NCBI GenBank assembly: GCA_973895155.1
Contig: OZ316892.1
Coordinates: forward strand, 7,423,251-7,487,250
Direction: 5' to 3'
Length of the DNA stretch: 64,000 bases
DNA from: Marsupella aquatica
Taxonomy: Eukaryota > Plantae > Marchantiophyta
Below the pieces are notes generated by a model, which had not been told where the DNA came from, did not search any database, and saw nothing but the letters and a program-made list of their open reading frames with translations. Positions within the stretch are counted from its first letter, which is position 1. Every line of letters begins with the position of its first letter. Shown here piece after piece: positions 1 to 14,477 of this stretch. The translations under genes were made by a program, and so were the position numbers.

Positions 1-511
1 AGCCACACACTGAGAACGATGTGCGAGCTATTTGCTTGTTTTCTACTTCACAATTACCTTGACACCTAGGCAGTAGTGATCTAGAAATATACTGATTGCA
101 GAAACTATTAGTCTCTCCTACTTACCGAAGAAGCCATAACAATCACTAACCCTGCTGGGCAAAAGCATTTCTCACGCCATACAGGAGCGATATCGATGAT
201 GATCTCCGGAACATCAAAACCTATATTTTAGGCTTCACAAATAAGGGCTACACGTCTCCTCGCTTGCGGAGTAAACCCTCGACTCATGTTTGGATTTTTC
301 GTTCACTACTTGTCGAAGGGACCATCCTTTAAAGACCGGCTGAAGAGGATAGCAATACCACTCGGTGCTCGGTCCAGGTTGCACATAGGCATTCTTCAGT
401 TTCAAAGACGGGCAAACTAATCGCGACCAACCTACCTCACCACAAGCACAGTGCAACCTCGAGATACATCTACGGGATTGAAAAGAAACATAGAAACCGT
501 GAGAAACTCAC

Positions 512-664
512 TTGTCGCAGCTCCACCAAAACACTTTCATCGACACCTTCGCTTTGGAATTCATCCCGCACGCTCTGAATCACGTCCTCCACAACATGCA
601 AATACACATTCGTTACGCTCACCGGCGGCTCCTTTTCCTTCGCCTGTCCCTTCAGTTGCGCCAT
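512..664 (-). CDS. Transcription initiation factor IIA large subunit (alpha/beta), first coding exon; the gene continues off the left edge
   Basis: Translation MAQLKG...VTNVYLHVVEDVIQSVRDEFQSEGVDESVLVELRQ matches the TFIIA N-terminal helix motif (VYxxVIxDVIxxVRxxFxxxGVDExVLxEL). It is followed by a GTGAGT splice donor at 511 on the minus strand. Confidence 0.9.
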
Positions 665-1028
665 CTGATCCTTCCCTAATTCCTTTCAGAAGTAATCCCG
701 ATGGGGAAGTGCTTTCTTCCGTTCGTTCCCTTATGCTCTGTTGCGTGCCTTCACTCCTCGAATTAGGTGCCGCAGCTCGTTACAATTGTGGGGCAATCTT
801 ACTACTACAGCAACTGCTCCTCGACACCGTTCTCGTGTCGTGTCTTACGGCTCTGCCGCACTCATGACAGGTAAAGGGACTGAATGTGAAGCGACCCAGT
901 GCCAGTGCCAGAAGGGCCACTCCATGGAGGGGCCGGGGGCCACGAAGGGCCATGGAGGGCCGTGGAGTGCCGTGGCTTCGGGACGTCTCGGCCCCGGCTT
1001 TGGCTCCCTCCTCGGCTCTCTGTTCAGC

Positions 1029-1395
1029 TTTTACTTTCTATACATTGACCTCTGCTTAAGTGTGCAGCTCCTTGGCATAAAGGCCCCATGGTGCACTTAC
1101 ATGGGTATTGCACTACGCTGTGTCACCATAAAGTGACCTTTTGCTTCAGTGCAAATCTTGGGATGACAGCCCCAAGGTGCACTTCCATGGGGATTGCACT
1201 TTTACTTTCTATACATTGACCTTTGCTTAAGTGCAGCTCCTTGGCACAACATGCACTTACATGGGGATTGCACTACGTTGTGTCACCATAAAGTGACCTT
1301 TGCTTAAGTCCAAGTCTTGGGATGACAGCCCCAAGGTGCACTTCCATGGGGATTGCACTATGTCATATTACCATAAAGTGACCTTTCCATAAGTG
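1029..1395. repeat. Imperfect tandem duplication (about 170-190 bp unit)
   Basis: 'ttttactttctatacattgacct..gcttaagtg', 'gtcaccataaagtgacctt' and 'gatgacagccccaaggtgcacttccatggggattgcact' each occur two to three times. Confidence 0.8.
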
Positions 1396-1777
1396 CAATT
1401 GCTAGAGACAAAAGATATCTCACATCGGAGTGCCAAAGAATAAAATTAGTGTGAGAACCCTCAGTTATGTAAGCTTGATGTTATCCAACTAGTTTGAAGG
1501 TTGAAGAGTTACAGAGTGGAATAAGTTTGAATGTGGAAATGAGTGGACAAAGATTAAATAGAGTATTTTGAATGAAGTGGGTTTGAAAGTAGTTAGGACG
1601 TTCAATTTAATAAGACAAAGAGTAGATTATTCATGGTAACAGTTCATGAAAAGGGGTTCATTTGGTATCTTTATGTCCAAGGAGTCTATGGAACATTCTT
1701 TTCAGCCCATGTGAAAGGTCCTCCTAGCTCTTGTAGCTCAAGGGGTTTTAACATTTCCTTGGTATTTTTCTATCCAC

Positions 1778-1902
1778 AGTAGTTGAATGATTTCTTTTGA
1801 TCCCTTGTTATTCCTCTGTTTATGGTAGTTGAAGGATTTCTTATATTCCCTTGTTACTCCCTTGTCCATAGTAGTTAAAGGGTTTCATAGGTTCTCTTGT
1901 TA
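1778..1902. repeat. Short tandem repeat, about 46 bp x 3
   Basis: The unit 'gtagttgaa..atttct....tcccttgtta' occurs three times. Confidence 0.6.
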
Positions 1903-4771
1903 CGGACCCCACTAGAGGTCCCTTCCAAAATTCGAGACTCCACAACGCGCCACATCATTGAGATGCACTGCAAACATGTACGGATTGGTTTACAAAATAA
2001 AATTGCATGAACATTCGTGTCTGTGGCATGATTTTGGTAGAATTGTGGACGCCATGCCGTAAACCTTGATGTAAAACTGTTTGAAAAATAACCATTTCAT
2101 TTACCCTAGGTAACAGAATGTTCAATTAGAAGTAGACCTGTAAACCAGTTTTTTTACCCCGAGTAACCAACTGCCCACCCTCTTTCTAGTTCAATTCCCC
2201 AACCAATAATAATAAGTAATTAAATCTTGCGGCCCTTCTGGACAGAACGAGAACCTAGAAACAATCTACTCTCCAAACTGAAAGCCAATGTATTCAAATG
2301 CCCTCATTCCACCCACAGAATCTGAGGTCAACCCTAAACCCTAAATCCAATTTTGGCAAACAGATCTGCTGAGTGTAGAAAGCCTCTGCAAAGGAGTCTG
2401 GTCGGGAAGGAGTATGATGTATGATGCAAAAAAATTGACTAGTCCCAATAAAGATACCCATTGTCCAACAAATATCAATTTATCTATATCAATAACTATC
2501 TACTTTTCAATCTCAATCAAATCAAAACAGGTGGGGGTCCACGAACTAATTACTCCTCTATCCATAGACAGTAGCCCAAGTGTTTCTTATGCTACCTTGG
2601 TAAAATGTTCCTACTCATGGTGATTTCAAAATTTGTCAATTAAATAAAAAATTCAAACAATTAATTCTACCAAAATACAATGATATGTTAATCATAGCCC
2701 ATCCAAAGATTCTCTTTCACAGTTTTTTACCTGGAAATATTTACTTGAAATATTATTTTTCAATGTTCCATTGTTTTTAGACTTACAAGTTCTAATTGTT
2801 TTTCTTTGCCTTGCCTCAACCACAAATAATCACAGGTGGTTTTTCTTGCATTAATAATAAACTCTTGTTTGTGACCAATAGTGTTGATGTGGATGCACGT
2901 GCTATCAAGGATTTGGAAGGATTCTTATGGGGGAGACAAAACTTAGAGTCAAATGGGGAGACAATATCTCAAACGCAAGAGACATTGCGTACAACAGCCG
3001 CATGGTGCTCTTACAAGGGGCTTGCACTATGTTACAAGTACACTTTGCACTTAATATCCACACATCTATAAGTGAAAATGGGAAGGTTTCAAAAAATATT
3101 GCAATTAGTACCAAATTTAATAGCAGTAATGTTTAAGGAATGATGTCCAATATGCACATTTCTTGACAATACAATCATCTTGCTTATAAAGCGCGAACCT
3201 CAAGCTAGAGTTGGGGTCTATGCTTCTAGAGTAAAGCCTCTGACTAGACAGTAATTCTATGGCCCAACATGTGCAAGGGAAGACTCTTGGGTATAATGTA
3301 TGTCAAATGATGATCATACATGCTTTTTGTCATGGTTTCCATTTACATTCAAAAGAATGGGCATCCAGGCTCGTGCTATGGAATTTTTTGCAAAGGGAGT
3401 TTGAGTGACAAACACTGCCCTAAGGGATTACAGTCAATAAGAGCATTCCCAGTGGTCTCGCCATTCACGACTCAGTAAAAGCATGAGCGACAAGTTGAAT
3501 GGCGGATCAGTTTGTCAGTGACATACTTGCAATCTACTGTCATGGTCTTCTGTCAATTCCATTTACGCTGCTGCCGACCACATGTGTCGCAATGGGTTTA
3601 TTTGTGTTATCCACATCCTTGGCAATGGTGGGCAGACAATTCTCCTGCCAGCCCAAACTTGCCTGTGCTGGCTGAAGGAGGCAACCTTTGGCAGGCCAAG
3701 CTCAGGGTTTTAATTTTGCAAGCCAGGCTCTATGGGGATTGAAGAGTTGGTTTCCCAAGCGAGTCACTCTAAAGTTTCCTTGGCTGGCATTCCCCAAAAC
3801 CAACGGGAAGTGGTCTAACCCGCTCCAGCCATGGGTTACCCTACACGGAAACCTGAGTTGTGGGTTATCTTTGTGATATAAGATTTGGGGCAGAACCCCA
3901 CAGTCACGCCATAGAACCCCATGCCAGTCTGGCCTGGGGGTTCCCAAATTTGAATGTTTGGAACGTTCACTTGGGGACTTACGGTAGCATTCAAGCCCTA
4001 CTCTAAACCCTGTCAGGAATTTTTGTTTATTACTCTGTCTAAGGTATGCCACAGTAGCTGGGGATTCTTAAATTAGAACTAGAATGCATTTTAATAGGCT
4101 ACAGTATCTAGTAACGTGCAAGTGGCAAACAGTCTCGCAGACAGTTTTGTAATGTGAAAGTGAACTCAATGTTTCTAAAAGTCCCTTGGGTTGATAAGCT
4201 AGGTAGCTCATCCTCACTTGGAGCTAATGGGATGGAACCCCCTAAGGCTCACTGTTCACTCTATGTGATTGGGCGTGTCAAAGTTCTCTCATAATCAAAG
4301 TGTTAAGGCTTTATTTTTGGGACATAGAACCCTTGTGGGATACATATTTTGGTAGCCCATAGAGATTTTGTCCCGACCTTAACAACATTTTATGTCCTGA
4401 ACCTATTTTATGTCCGAACCGCTGTCCTGAAAGATATGTTTTGACAAGCCCTATTACATCTCTTCACCCTATCTTGGGGATAGAATACCCTACACGGTAA
4501 ACCCGTCCCACCCCCAAAACCCTACAGAAGAGTGGAATTGTTTGCAAACGAAGTTCGAGTGACGAAGAAGGATCGTGGAATTGCGTGCAAACGAAGTTCG
4601 AGTGACGAAGAAGGATCAGACAGACATACAACAGTGCAGTGCAAGTAATACGAGGAAGGCGTTCGAGAGCCCCAGTGCTCTTCTGCTGCCTACGGGACCG
4701 ATCAGCCAACCCACCCACATCGGCGTCCACATCTGCGGAGGAGGAAGGGAAAGAATTCGCAGTCGGCCACG

Positions 4772-5999
4772 ATGAGGTCCGAATTGCTTTGTCGAGTGCC
4801 TCTTTTCTGGAGAATGATTCGTTGTGGGGACTTTTCGTTTGGAAGTCACTGTGCATTTCTTGCTTTCTTCTTTTCTTTTGCTCTTTGCGGCTGTCTGACT
4901 TTTTGGTGGGTTGTGTTTTCCTTCTTTTTCTTCTTCTTGAAGCGCCAGACCCATGGACGTCGAGGAGACAGTACGTGTTTCGGAACTTACGCCTGCTCTT
5001 GCTGTGTTTTGAGGTTTTGATGCTGGTTCCGTTCCGTTCCGTTTTTAGGGTTGGAGGAGGTTGTGGCTTGTGTTTCGCCCGCCTGGAGAGCTGCTTTTTG
5101 GCTTCACTTTGTTCGAATTGGAATGCTTTTATGAGGAGACATGGAATGCTTTGTCAGTACCGAGATAGTGCAACGGTGGCTGTAAAGTGAGAGTTCCAAC
5201 TCGAACGGAGTGGAAGCCAAAAAACAACTCTTCTCCTGTTGTGGTGGACGTGTCAAATGCTCTGCGGCCCTGTAACGAATGTTTCTGTAGCTTGAGGGAG
5301 TTTAGATACCATGGAAATTTTTTGATGTAATAATCGGCTGATTTCATCTTGTGCGTGCATCAGGAGAAGACAGAGGAGGAGGAGTTCTCCACTGGACCCC
5401 TCTCGGTATTGACAATGTCCGTCAAGAACAATACGCAGGTTACTCTCACTTGTCTCTATCTTTGCTATGGATCATCTCTGCAATTAATGTGTTGAAAGCG
5501 TGAGAAATGAGGCATTGCTTTGCCAGATTGCGCACGAACATGGTTGGTTTATTTCTCTCTTTACGTGAAGTAGCTGCACACATTTGAGTACTATCTGTTT
5601 TCCTGACTCGCCACCGTTTGGACAGGTTCTCATTAATTGTAGGAACAACAAGAAATTGCTAGGTCGAGTAAAAGCTTTTGATCGGCATTGCAACATGGTC
5701 TTGGAGAACGTGAAAGAAATGTGGACTGAGGTAAGTATCTAGTTCGTCTTCGTGTCACAACTCAATGGCAAATCCATTTTCAATTACTGTGACTCAGCGA
5801 TATCTTCGAGGTGATTGTGGATTTGTAGACTTGTTGGATTGGGGTGGATTTTTGTATCATTAAGCTCGGTTGTTCTGTGCAGGTTCCTAAGACGGGGAAG
5901 GGGAAGAAAAAAGCCAAGCCTGTCAACAAAGATCGATTTATCAGCAAGATGTTTCTCAGAGGCGATTCAGTCATCATCGTGCTCAGAAATCCTAAGTAA
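4772..5999 (+). CDS. SmD2: Small nuclear ribonucleoprotein Sm D2; exons 4772-4776, 4943-4970, 5364-5438, 5626-5730, 5883-5999 (109 aa)
   Basis: Manual splicing through GT-AG introns gives [109 protein letters not shown], the canonical plant Sm D2. Confidence 0.96.
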
Positions 6000-8759
6000 T
6001 GGTTCCAAGTTGGTAGATAGTTTTAGGTGATCAGTTCTCTACCTGGGAAAACTTGTTCTAGAAATTTCGAAGCTCAGAAGGAAGCTACATTGCAGAGCTG
6101 ACATACGTCCCAGATGGTTCGTTCTTGTCTCGATCCTCCGAACCCAAATTTTGTAGGAAATATACCTCGCTTTCTGTGTGCAAAGTTGTCACAACGCGGT
6201 TGCTGTGCTCTACTTAGTGAGGTATCTGACCGCTTGTAGGCGAAGAAGCTGGATAAGTCTTACCTACACCAAGCGTGAATTGGGTGAAATTGTAGGGAGA
6301 TGGATAGTTTTTTCCCCATGAAGTTTAAAGCATCCATGGTTTACCACCATTTGACGAAGGTACGGAAATCAATCTTGTATTTCTACCTGAATTCTGAAAG
6401 CCCCACAGGACACTGGCAGCTTTAATGAGACAAGTCTGAGTTCCCTTCTTTCCTTTGTGGTGCTGCTCTTGGACAATGATTTTACGAGAAAGAGACTACT
6501 AAGGGGTACTTGGAGCATTCTGGGACACTGACAGTAAAACTGAAGTTCCAAGAGGTGCCCATGAAATCCTGAGAGCCTATTCCATCCATGCTCACCCCCA
6601 TGAAGGCAGCCCCATCTGCGATACAAACCAATCTTCAGCATCGTTGAATGGCCCTTAATTCTGCCCCTGAAAGCCTGTGCACCCCCAAAAGTTATGCATA
6701 TGCTCAAGTCTTTGAACCCTGTGAGCAATCCCTTTTAGAATGAACCTCATCAATGCACGTGCTTTGCATCTTGATTCCAAAGTGCCTCTCCTTGGTTACG
6801 CCTCTTTTGCACCCAAATTTGTGGTCACGGCCCTTGCACATTGTTTGGCTTTGAGCTTGATGTATACATGGATAGATGAACTTCCCTTACATGACCCTCT
6901 GCCTCACCATTTCTGCCATAAAGGGATAAAGGGGTGGAAAATGGCTTTAGTAACCTGGTCATCTGTGTCTCTCATGGGTGAGTGGAAAATGGCCCTAGTT
7001 ACATGGTCACCTGTGTGTCTCAGCTGAACTAATTGTCATCATCAGTCTTCTTCACCTGTGGGCGTATCTTTTGGTTTACAGTCACCACTATCTAAGTGCA
7101 CACTCTTGGGGAGAACCCGGGCCCTACACTTGTTCTTCATCCCTCAAACGAGAATTAAGGTCGGGTACACCAGGCCAGGGAAATTTTAATTAACTCACCA
7201 CTCGGTTACTCATTTAATGGTACGAGAAGTGTTTCCATTCACGCCATTTTCTCAAGGTGGATGAGTCACATTCGTAGTCACCTTCAGGCAATCGCGTCGC
7301 TCAGGTCCAACAGATTCTTTGTGAGTCTCATTTTCGCTCTCAATTCAAACTCTCTGTTCCTCAGTTCTCCACTCTGCCCACCTCTGCATCCAGGCATCCC
7401 TGCTCCAGCAGATTCGTCCTTGGTCCCATCTTTGCCTTGAGTTAAGGTCTCTGAGCATGCGCTAGAGTAGACGTCTGACGAGCATGTGTTTGCTCAGACT
7501 CCATATTCCATGAGGAGGGTACGGGGATTCTCTTCGCGAACTTCAAATAGGTGGGCTCTAACTGGGGAGGTAATATGGAGCGAATGCGTGTAAATCCAAA
7601 AGTGCGTGAGTCGTTGAAAATGATCGATGGGTATCAGGAGAGTTTGGTTCCAGGCACTGTCGCTCGGAGGCCGGGGAGCCCAGCCGGTGGAACGATTTGG
7701 AGGTCTTTTATTATGACGGTGCAGCACAGTAGTGGACCATTGTGAACGAATGCCCACTCCTTCACCTACTCTTTTTTCTTTGTCGTCACAATGTCGGTTG
7801 TCCTACTTTCTACCTTGTCAAAAGTAGGTATTGTTTCCAACTTCTAGTTTCTCAGCTGAAAACATACACGAGAATGGAAATGTAAAACACATTATCCTTC
7901 CTCTTGCAAAAGACATTTCAACAATGTCGTCACCATTTACTTTGTATTAGGGAAGACCATTATACTAGTTCGGAAAGTGCAAATCTCAGCCTGACTGGCA
8001 CACCATTCACCGTAGTGAATACGAGGACAGTCCGCAAGTACTATTTCGGACAGTTGAAACCACATAGCTTACAAGTCTCAATCGGACTGGGAGTCACGTG
8101 ACATCCTGATTTTTCCTCCATGAATCCGATCGACGTCTTTCTGTATCCATCAAGTTCTCAGAATTTTTTGAGAAATGCATTTTCCGTCCAAACTTCATGT
8201 TCAGATATCCATTGATGTGACTCTGCAAAATCACAAACGCCAGTGTCCCAAGATTCACGGGAGCATTCACTTACGTTCCAGCATTGCTCCCAGTCCCGTT
8301 CACAAAGTGATGTCCACACAATACATTCTAATTTGATCTAGAACAGAAGACCAATCGCTGACAGAACTGCACCAATTCTTTACTAGCGGGATACAAACCA
8401 CTCTTGCAAACCGCTCAGTTCTTACGTAGAAAGACCTAAAAAGGCGTACTCAGATCCAAGCTCTTCCGCAGTGCTTGTAATTGCCAGAAATCGTGGCTAT
8501 AGACTAAAATATTGAAATTTAGATTGTATCCTTAAAACTCCTAAAAATCCCTACATTCAGGAGACGTAGAAGCTACTTTACGATTTGAGTTCTATCTACA
8601 AATACTATACAATATCTTTAGAATTGTGTATCACAGACGCCTTTGGCTCCACGAGAATGGAAAATGAAGACATGCTAAAGAACCACTACAATAAATTCGT
8701 ATTGGATGCTCATGTACATACGTTACACAGTTTCGAATTGGTGAAAAAAAGGGATCCAC

Positions 8760-11700
8760 TTATTTGTGGAATGACGGGAATAATAATTTAGATGGTAATT
8801 GGGCAGGCAACTTGGGTGGCATTTTCAGAGCCTGAGGTGGAGTGATAGCCATCGCGTCAAAAGAATTTTGGAACGAGTCTATGAAACCGTCATCACTATA
8901 AGGGCTATTTGCCAGGTAGCAACTGTCTAATCCAAACGCGTCACCCAATTTTTCAGTATTTCGAGTACTGGATTTTACGCAGTGGGAGTGATGATCATCA
9001 ACGAGATCATTATCAATCGGGTCTTCGACTTGACTTTCATCTCGCTGGCAGCTTGGGGACACATGTTGGTACTCGGCATCTGATGAGATGTCACTTTCAG
9101 CGTCATTATAGTCCTCCTCGAAATCTGATACATCGTGCTCACCGAGAGGCTGAACCATGTACCAGAAATTGAAATTTGGCCTTATGAACCTGAACCAAAC
9201 AGTTGATCATGTCAATCAGTATGACCAAACTAGATTGTAACCGTTTGGCCTAACCTTTTCAAGCACAAGCAAGAAAGATATACTTCCTCACATGGGCAGC
9301 ATCATTTCTTGTAAGATCGATCGTCCTCCAGCTACTTTACTCAATCACACAAATCAAGCCTAGAAACAGTAAATGGTCTCCTGTTCAATACCAGGCCAGG
9401 AATGGCATCATACCTATCTGATTGTCTGAGAAGGTAAGGATCAAACGGGAAAAACATGTCAAATCGAACATCTCCACCAGTATTTCTATCTCTCCGTTCC
9501 TTCGTCAGGAACCATTGTCTTTGATCCACCAGCTGTAACTTGCTTGCTTTTCTCAAGAATTCTTCCACCACGGACGACAAGCACACCTGGTTCATGAGGA
9601 ACAGGAAATGTGTTACACAGATTAAATGGAAAATGGCATCTCAATGCCTGACAAATATACCCAAAGAAACGGTGGCTGACACGAGCTACACATTGCCGTC
9701 GCATATCAAATATTCACATGAACAACTTCGGAAGTTTCCAGCTAACTTGTGTTGCACCTCAAACACGATGACGAATAACAAGTGCCGCCACAATGCACTC
9801 ATCTCAAAGCTGGGACCTGCAATGAGGATATTTGTCCACCATATGTACCTTCATGGGGTTCAGTCGATGATTCAATAATTGCTGTAATGGGAGTCCTCGC
9901 AAAACTCGTCTTCCCTCCGGATCATCGACAAGCATTTTGAATCTAAAACACAGTGAATACATAACAGCCTGCGACCAAAAGTGGAAAATGCCGCAACGGC
10001 AAATTAGTCGCAAGTTGATTCTTCTATAATTAGATTTCTACAACCGAAATCTCAACACGGATTTACCTGAGCACTGGTGCCTCCCGAATTTACTAGATAT
10101 TGTATATTCAGGGCACTGTCTGAGTGACTGACATACCTGACAGACACAGAAGAAAACCCCATGGAGGAGTGCATCTGGCGCAGTTGGGGCAGAGTTATCA
10201 ACCTCATTGCCACCATAGGCAATGCACCAGCTCACCATCCTGTCCACGAGCACACCAAACAATTAGGCAGCATACACAAAAATCGTGCTATTCATATCCG
10301 GCTTCGTAATGACTAATGATAAAATATTCTGACTTCAACAGCTGAGAAAAAGGAATGAGCATGTCCCAAAACAGGCAAAACAGCCGTGAAGTAGGATACA
10401 AGTCAGCATACCTTTTCAAAGAGGTGCATATCACATCTGCAGAAAGATATTTCGCCCGCGCCAGATAACTCGCCAGATATGCAGCAGCGGAAATTCTGAA
10501 TCGCAAACCCGGTAGCTGTTAATTTTCAACAGAATGTAGATGAGGATAGTTGTGAGCTCGAACTGACATATTCACTGTATTGCATTTAAAGTTGTGGTAC
10601 TTCAAACCTGACTTTTCTGCTCAAAGCCTAACTCAGTGACTCAAGCAGCCATTTAAAAAATACCTTGTGGTAGGGGGCCGGGTTCTAGAGGAGAACATAT
10701 CACACAGAAAGGAGGCAAAACGGCTTCCACAGGCGCTGGGCTCCAGAGCACATAAGTAGAATATCAAGAACTGCCACCAACCAAGAACTTCGATGTCAGA
10801 AAGGAGAGGGTCATGCAGCATGTGTACAACGGATCCGATAATGTGGAAGAGAAGACTATGCCGCGTCCAGTGAAAGTGGCATCAAGTTCCACGTCCAGGT
10901 AAGCGTCGGCTCTTGGGTTCAGAACTGATATAAATAGCTTTTGACCGACACAATTCGGTGTTCCCTAAATTTACATATACAAGGTAAGGAAGACAGATAG
11001 CATCATAGTCCGATCTCAGAGCATGATCATTTCCACCACCCACATAAATGAAAACTAGAAATTTTAGGCCATGCAGTCCATTGATACTAGAGTCACAAAA
11101 GAATAATGATGAAACTACAATCAGAAATCTGAAGAACATGAAGGTAGTAACCAGCAGTTTCATTTTGGAGGCAAAGAGAGCCAGACCCATAGCTTTCTAA
11201 CTCCATGATAATATCTCAGGATCTAGGAGACAGTCAAGCAGTCCCCGAAGCTTCCACTGGCCATGAGAGAGTACTGCTATCCATGAATCATACAGAACGT
11301 CATCAAATTGTATCGTAGGCGTTGATGGCTACATAAGAACTTCAACAGAATCTAGCCAATTTGGCACAGAAATAGTTCACTGCAGCACTTGTGCTTAGAG
11401 TTTGAATCATTTCCGCGTTTCGTCACTTTCTTCCTAAATGTAAGATGCGCAATGCGAGGCTGTCAGTGCCTGTCTTGGCTGATCAGGGGAAATTAGCCCA
11501 AATTGCATTAGGTTGCCCCGCTTTGGATCTTCATTTGCCAAAATAGACCTTCATTGAAGACCTCAACCAGAAGACCTTCACCTTCTACAGACAATGTCGT
11601 CTAATTGTGAGGATAGATGAGCGACATACCTGTGTAAACTTTGACTTGTGTGTATGAAGAATAGTCGATTGAAAAGACTTCATGAGTATGCTATATAACT

Positions 11701-13994
11701 GAAGTGACCAAAAAAAATAGTTACATATCAGTGATTGCATAGGAGAATCAAGAATACCGCACGGTAGCATGTAGCAACATATGATCTTACTCTAGATCCA
11801 AAACAAGGGTTATAAGTGTGAGTAGAACGACAGAAAATGAGGTCCCGGGGCCTACCTGAGAGGATTGACCCCTCTGGACAGAACTCCGCAGGTGGTCCAA
11901 CGTCATGTCCATCATGGCGTCCATCTTATCCGCCATTTCATCGAGAGTCGCAACTTTGTTTGGGGAGGAGGATCTTTTCATCAGTCCGTGTAGATTCTTA
12001 CCCTACAAATAGTAAATACACCCCTGTGTTAGTGACTTTACCTGAAGGAAGACATATTCAACACAACACAATATAAAAAAAAAAGAGGGGGCTTGAGAGG
12101 GAGCATTGATTTACCTCCATTCCAGGACCCACTTCATCCCCGGCTTCAGGCCCTGCCTCACTCCCATTACGTTCGCAGCCTTCTGTCTCCTCTTCAACAT
12201 CCATAAGGAACATATAAACTTTGCCAGTATCATCATCGCTCAGTATATCCTCCCACCTTATCTCTACCTTCACATCGTTAAGGCAAAATAATTTAGCTTA
12301 TGACTACTAGAGAGCACATCAACAACTAAGCAAACGTGGACGATTTCACATAGATGACTAACAGAGTTGAATTCTTACATCAATTTGTATAAGCTGATCG
12401 ACAATTGCTAGGAGCATTTGATTAGCGAGATACTGCCCTCCCGAACTTTCCAGCCGCAGCATGTTCTCTAGGAACAAGAGAATCCACTGAAATGCAAGGG
12501 CCACTTCTATTAGTAACGCAGTGGTTGGAAATTCTTGCGTTGGAAGAAATGAAGTGTCTCAACAGTTTAAGATCCCCGCTTGTAGAACAGAAACTAACCT
12601 CTTTCGCGGTAGACCTGTGAGGCATCCTCTTGAAGATGAGAGGCTGCATCCTTAACGGAGTTGTCGGCACTAGAGAAACTAGTTGCTTAATTGCTGCATG
12701 CAAGCGATTCAGGACGTCGTCCTTTCTTGCCATGTGAATATTTTCCATGCTGCGAAGTTGCTCCATAGACAACCAACCGTGCATAAGTCCTGCTTTATTG
12801 TATGTATCAAGAAATGATGCTAGACCGCAAGAGGGTGGCAGGAAGTTCCGAACAAGCATGTCCATACACTGCCCCACGCAGGCGCCATTCGCACTCGCCT
12901 ATTCATGCAGTGCAAGCACCAACTTAGGACGAATTGCGAGTGCACAATTTTAACATCGTCGACAAACAAAACTCATCATTACTACATCGAATAAGTCGAC
13001 CACTGATACTGCGGGAAAGAGGTACGTACCAAATTTACAACGAAAGCTAGCAAAGAATCTGTGACGTCTCCTTCGTAGGTCCAGATACTCATTCCAAGCA
13101 GCTGAACAAGATATCAATTCAAAAACGAAAGGGCTTCAGGAAACAGGTTAAGGAATTCGCGCGAAAGGGACGTGATAGAAACCACGCACTCCGATTGAGA
13201 AAGTGTAATAATTTGAAGTCGGACTTTATGGCCTAAACCCTAAACCCTAAACCCTAAAGTCAGAGGCACTGATAAGTATTCACACCCACTAAAGCAATTC
13301 ACAATTTTACGAATTCTCGAGAAGGAAAAGAGTTAGATATCTACGTGATCGATAAGCGCTTGATGATAATTCTCACTGATGAAGTAGACGCTCTGAGAAA
13401 GAGCCCTCAAACGAAGCTGCAAAGAGAACATGCATATGAGCAGCTGCAACATATATATGACTCAGACCGACAAACACAATTCTGATTCCCACTGCTGAGA
13501 ACAACAGTTTTCGGGGACCAGAACAAGTAACAACAGTTCTAGACAATAACGTCCTCAAGTCCTGGCTCAAATTGCTCCTCCAAATCAGCCACGAACCTGT
13601 AAAGCACTCATACTGGCAGCATCCTCAGCTCGGACGTCCCTCAAATCCGTCAGCATCTTTCTGTAGAACCCAGAATCTCCCTGCAATGAAACCTCCAGAA
13701 TTACCGATAGAACCCCACAAAAGCAGTGGCAGCAGAGCTTCCACCATCGATAATCTAGAAGCTTGTGAACGCCATAGACAAAAACACGTCCGACGGGAAC
13801 CCAAAAGTCCATTCTTATAATCAGACACAAGCGCCTGGAGGAAGTCCTCCACAATCAACATCGCTTGTAGTAAGATATACCTGGGCTACAGAAGAGAGAG
13901 CACGCTGCATCCATGCTTTCGCGAGAGCGAGGACATCGTCACTTGTAGTGCCTACTCCAGCTTCTGGAAAATCTCCTGGAATGTCCATTCCCAT
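8760..13994 (-). CDS. RRN3: RNA polymerase I transcription initiation factor RRN3 (TIF-IA), multi-exon; internal exon boundaries not all resolved
   Basis: Exon translations carry RRN3 hallmarks: 'AAAYLASYLARAKYL', 'ADKMDAMM', 'QFLIFYLCAL', 'VFFCVCQ/AVMYSLCFR...LNPMK' and 'DMFFPFDPYLLRQSDR', plus an acidic tail. The putative start is MGMDIPGDF at 13994. Confidence 0.9.
13234..13258. repeat. Short interstitial plant telomere repeat (CCCTAAA)n in an RRN3 intron
   Basis: Sequence 'taaaccctaaaccctaaaccctaaa'. Confidence 0.7.
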
Positions 13995-14165
13995 ACTTCT
14001 TGCTCGCCACAGCACTTGGGAGCCCAAAACAGTGTGCAAAATGTGCAAAGAAACACTCGGGCCGGGGCGAACGCCTAATGCCTTCGTCTACCCCAGCGGT
14101 CACAGCCGCGCATCCACTTCGTTTTCTGCCCTGTTGCGTTTCGATCGACATCCAGGAGCCAATCC

Positions 14166-14176
14166 GTTTAGGGTTT
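14166..14176 (-). promoter_or_regulatory. Telo-box (AAACCCTAA) upstream of RRN3
   Basis: 'gtttagggttt' lies about 170 bp upstream of the putative ATG. Telo-boxes are typical of plant ribosome-biogenesis genes. Confidence 0.45.
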
Positions 14177-14227
14177 GCTATTACACGAGCTCCTAAGCCT
14201 CAAAGATGCCTATAGAGCTCTCTAACT

Positions 14228-14418
14228 ACACTCTTTAGAGTATTTTGTCGCACACAATCTAATTTATCTCTCATATTGATTTGGGTACTATACTCTATAG
14301 AGTATTTAGTCACACACAATCTAATTTACCTCTCATATTGATTTGGGTACTATATTGTATTTCGTCGCACACAATCTAATTTATCTCTCATATTGATTTG
14401 GGTAGTACTGGAGTATTT
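14228..14418. repeat. Tandem repeat, about 60 bp x 3
   Basis: 'gtcgcacacaatctaatttatctctcatattgatttgggta' occurs three times. Confidence 0.85.
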
Positions 14419-14477
14419 AGGGTATAGCTGGCCCATTATATGACACTGGCTCAATACCTGTGCGTTGCACAATAGAA

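Noticed and set aside
2400-4460. Short ORFs between TFIIA and Sm D2
   Set aside because: No protein family signal; likely intergenic or degraded repeat sequence.
4464-5190. ORFs of 112-183 aa overlapping the Sm D2 5' region
   Set aside because: They are explained as 5' UTR and intron read-through or antisense frames of the Sm D2 gene.
6300-7870. ORFs between Sm D2 and RRN3 (e.g. 6369-6728, 7494-7757)
   Set aside because: No recognisable motifs or convincing splice structure. Possibly a TE relic, but I cannot support a call.
13234-13258. Telomere repeats as a chromosome fusion or healing site
   Set aside because: Only about 3.5 units inside an intron; such short tracts are common in plant genomes.
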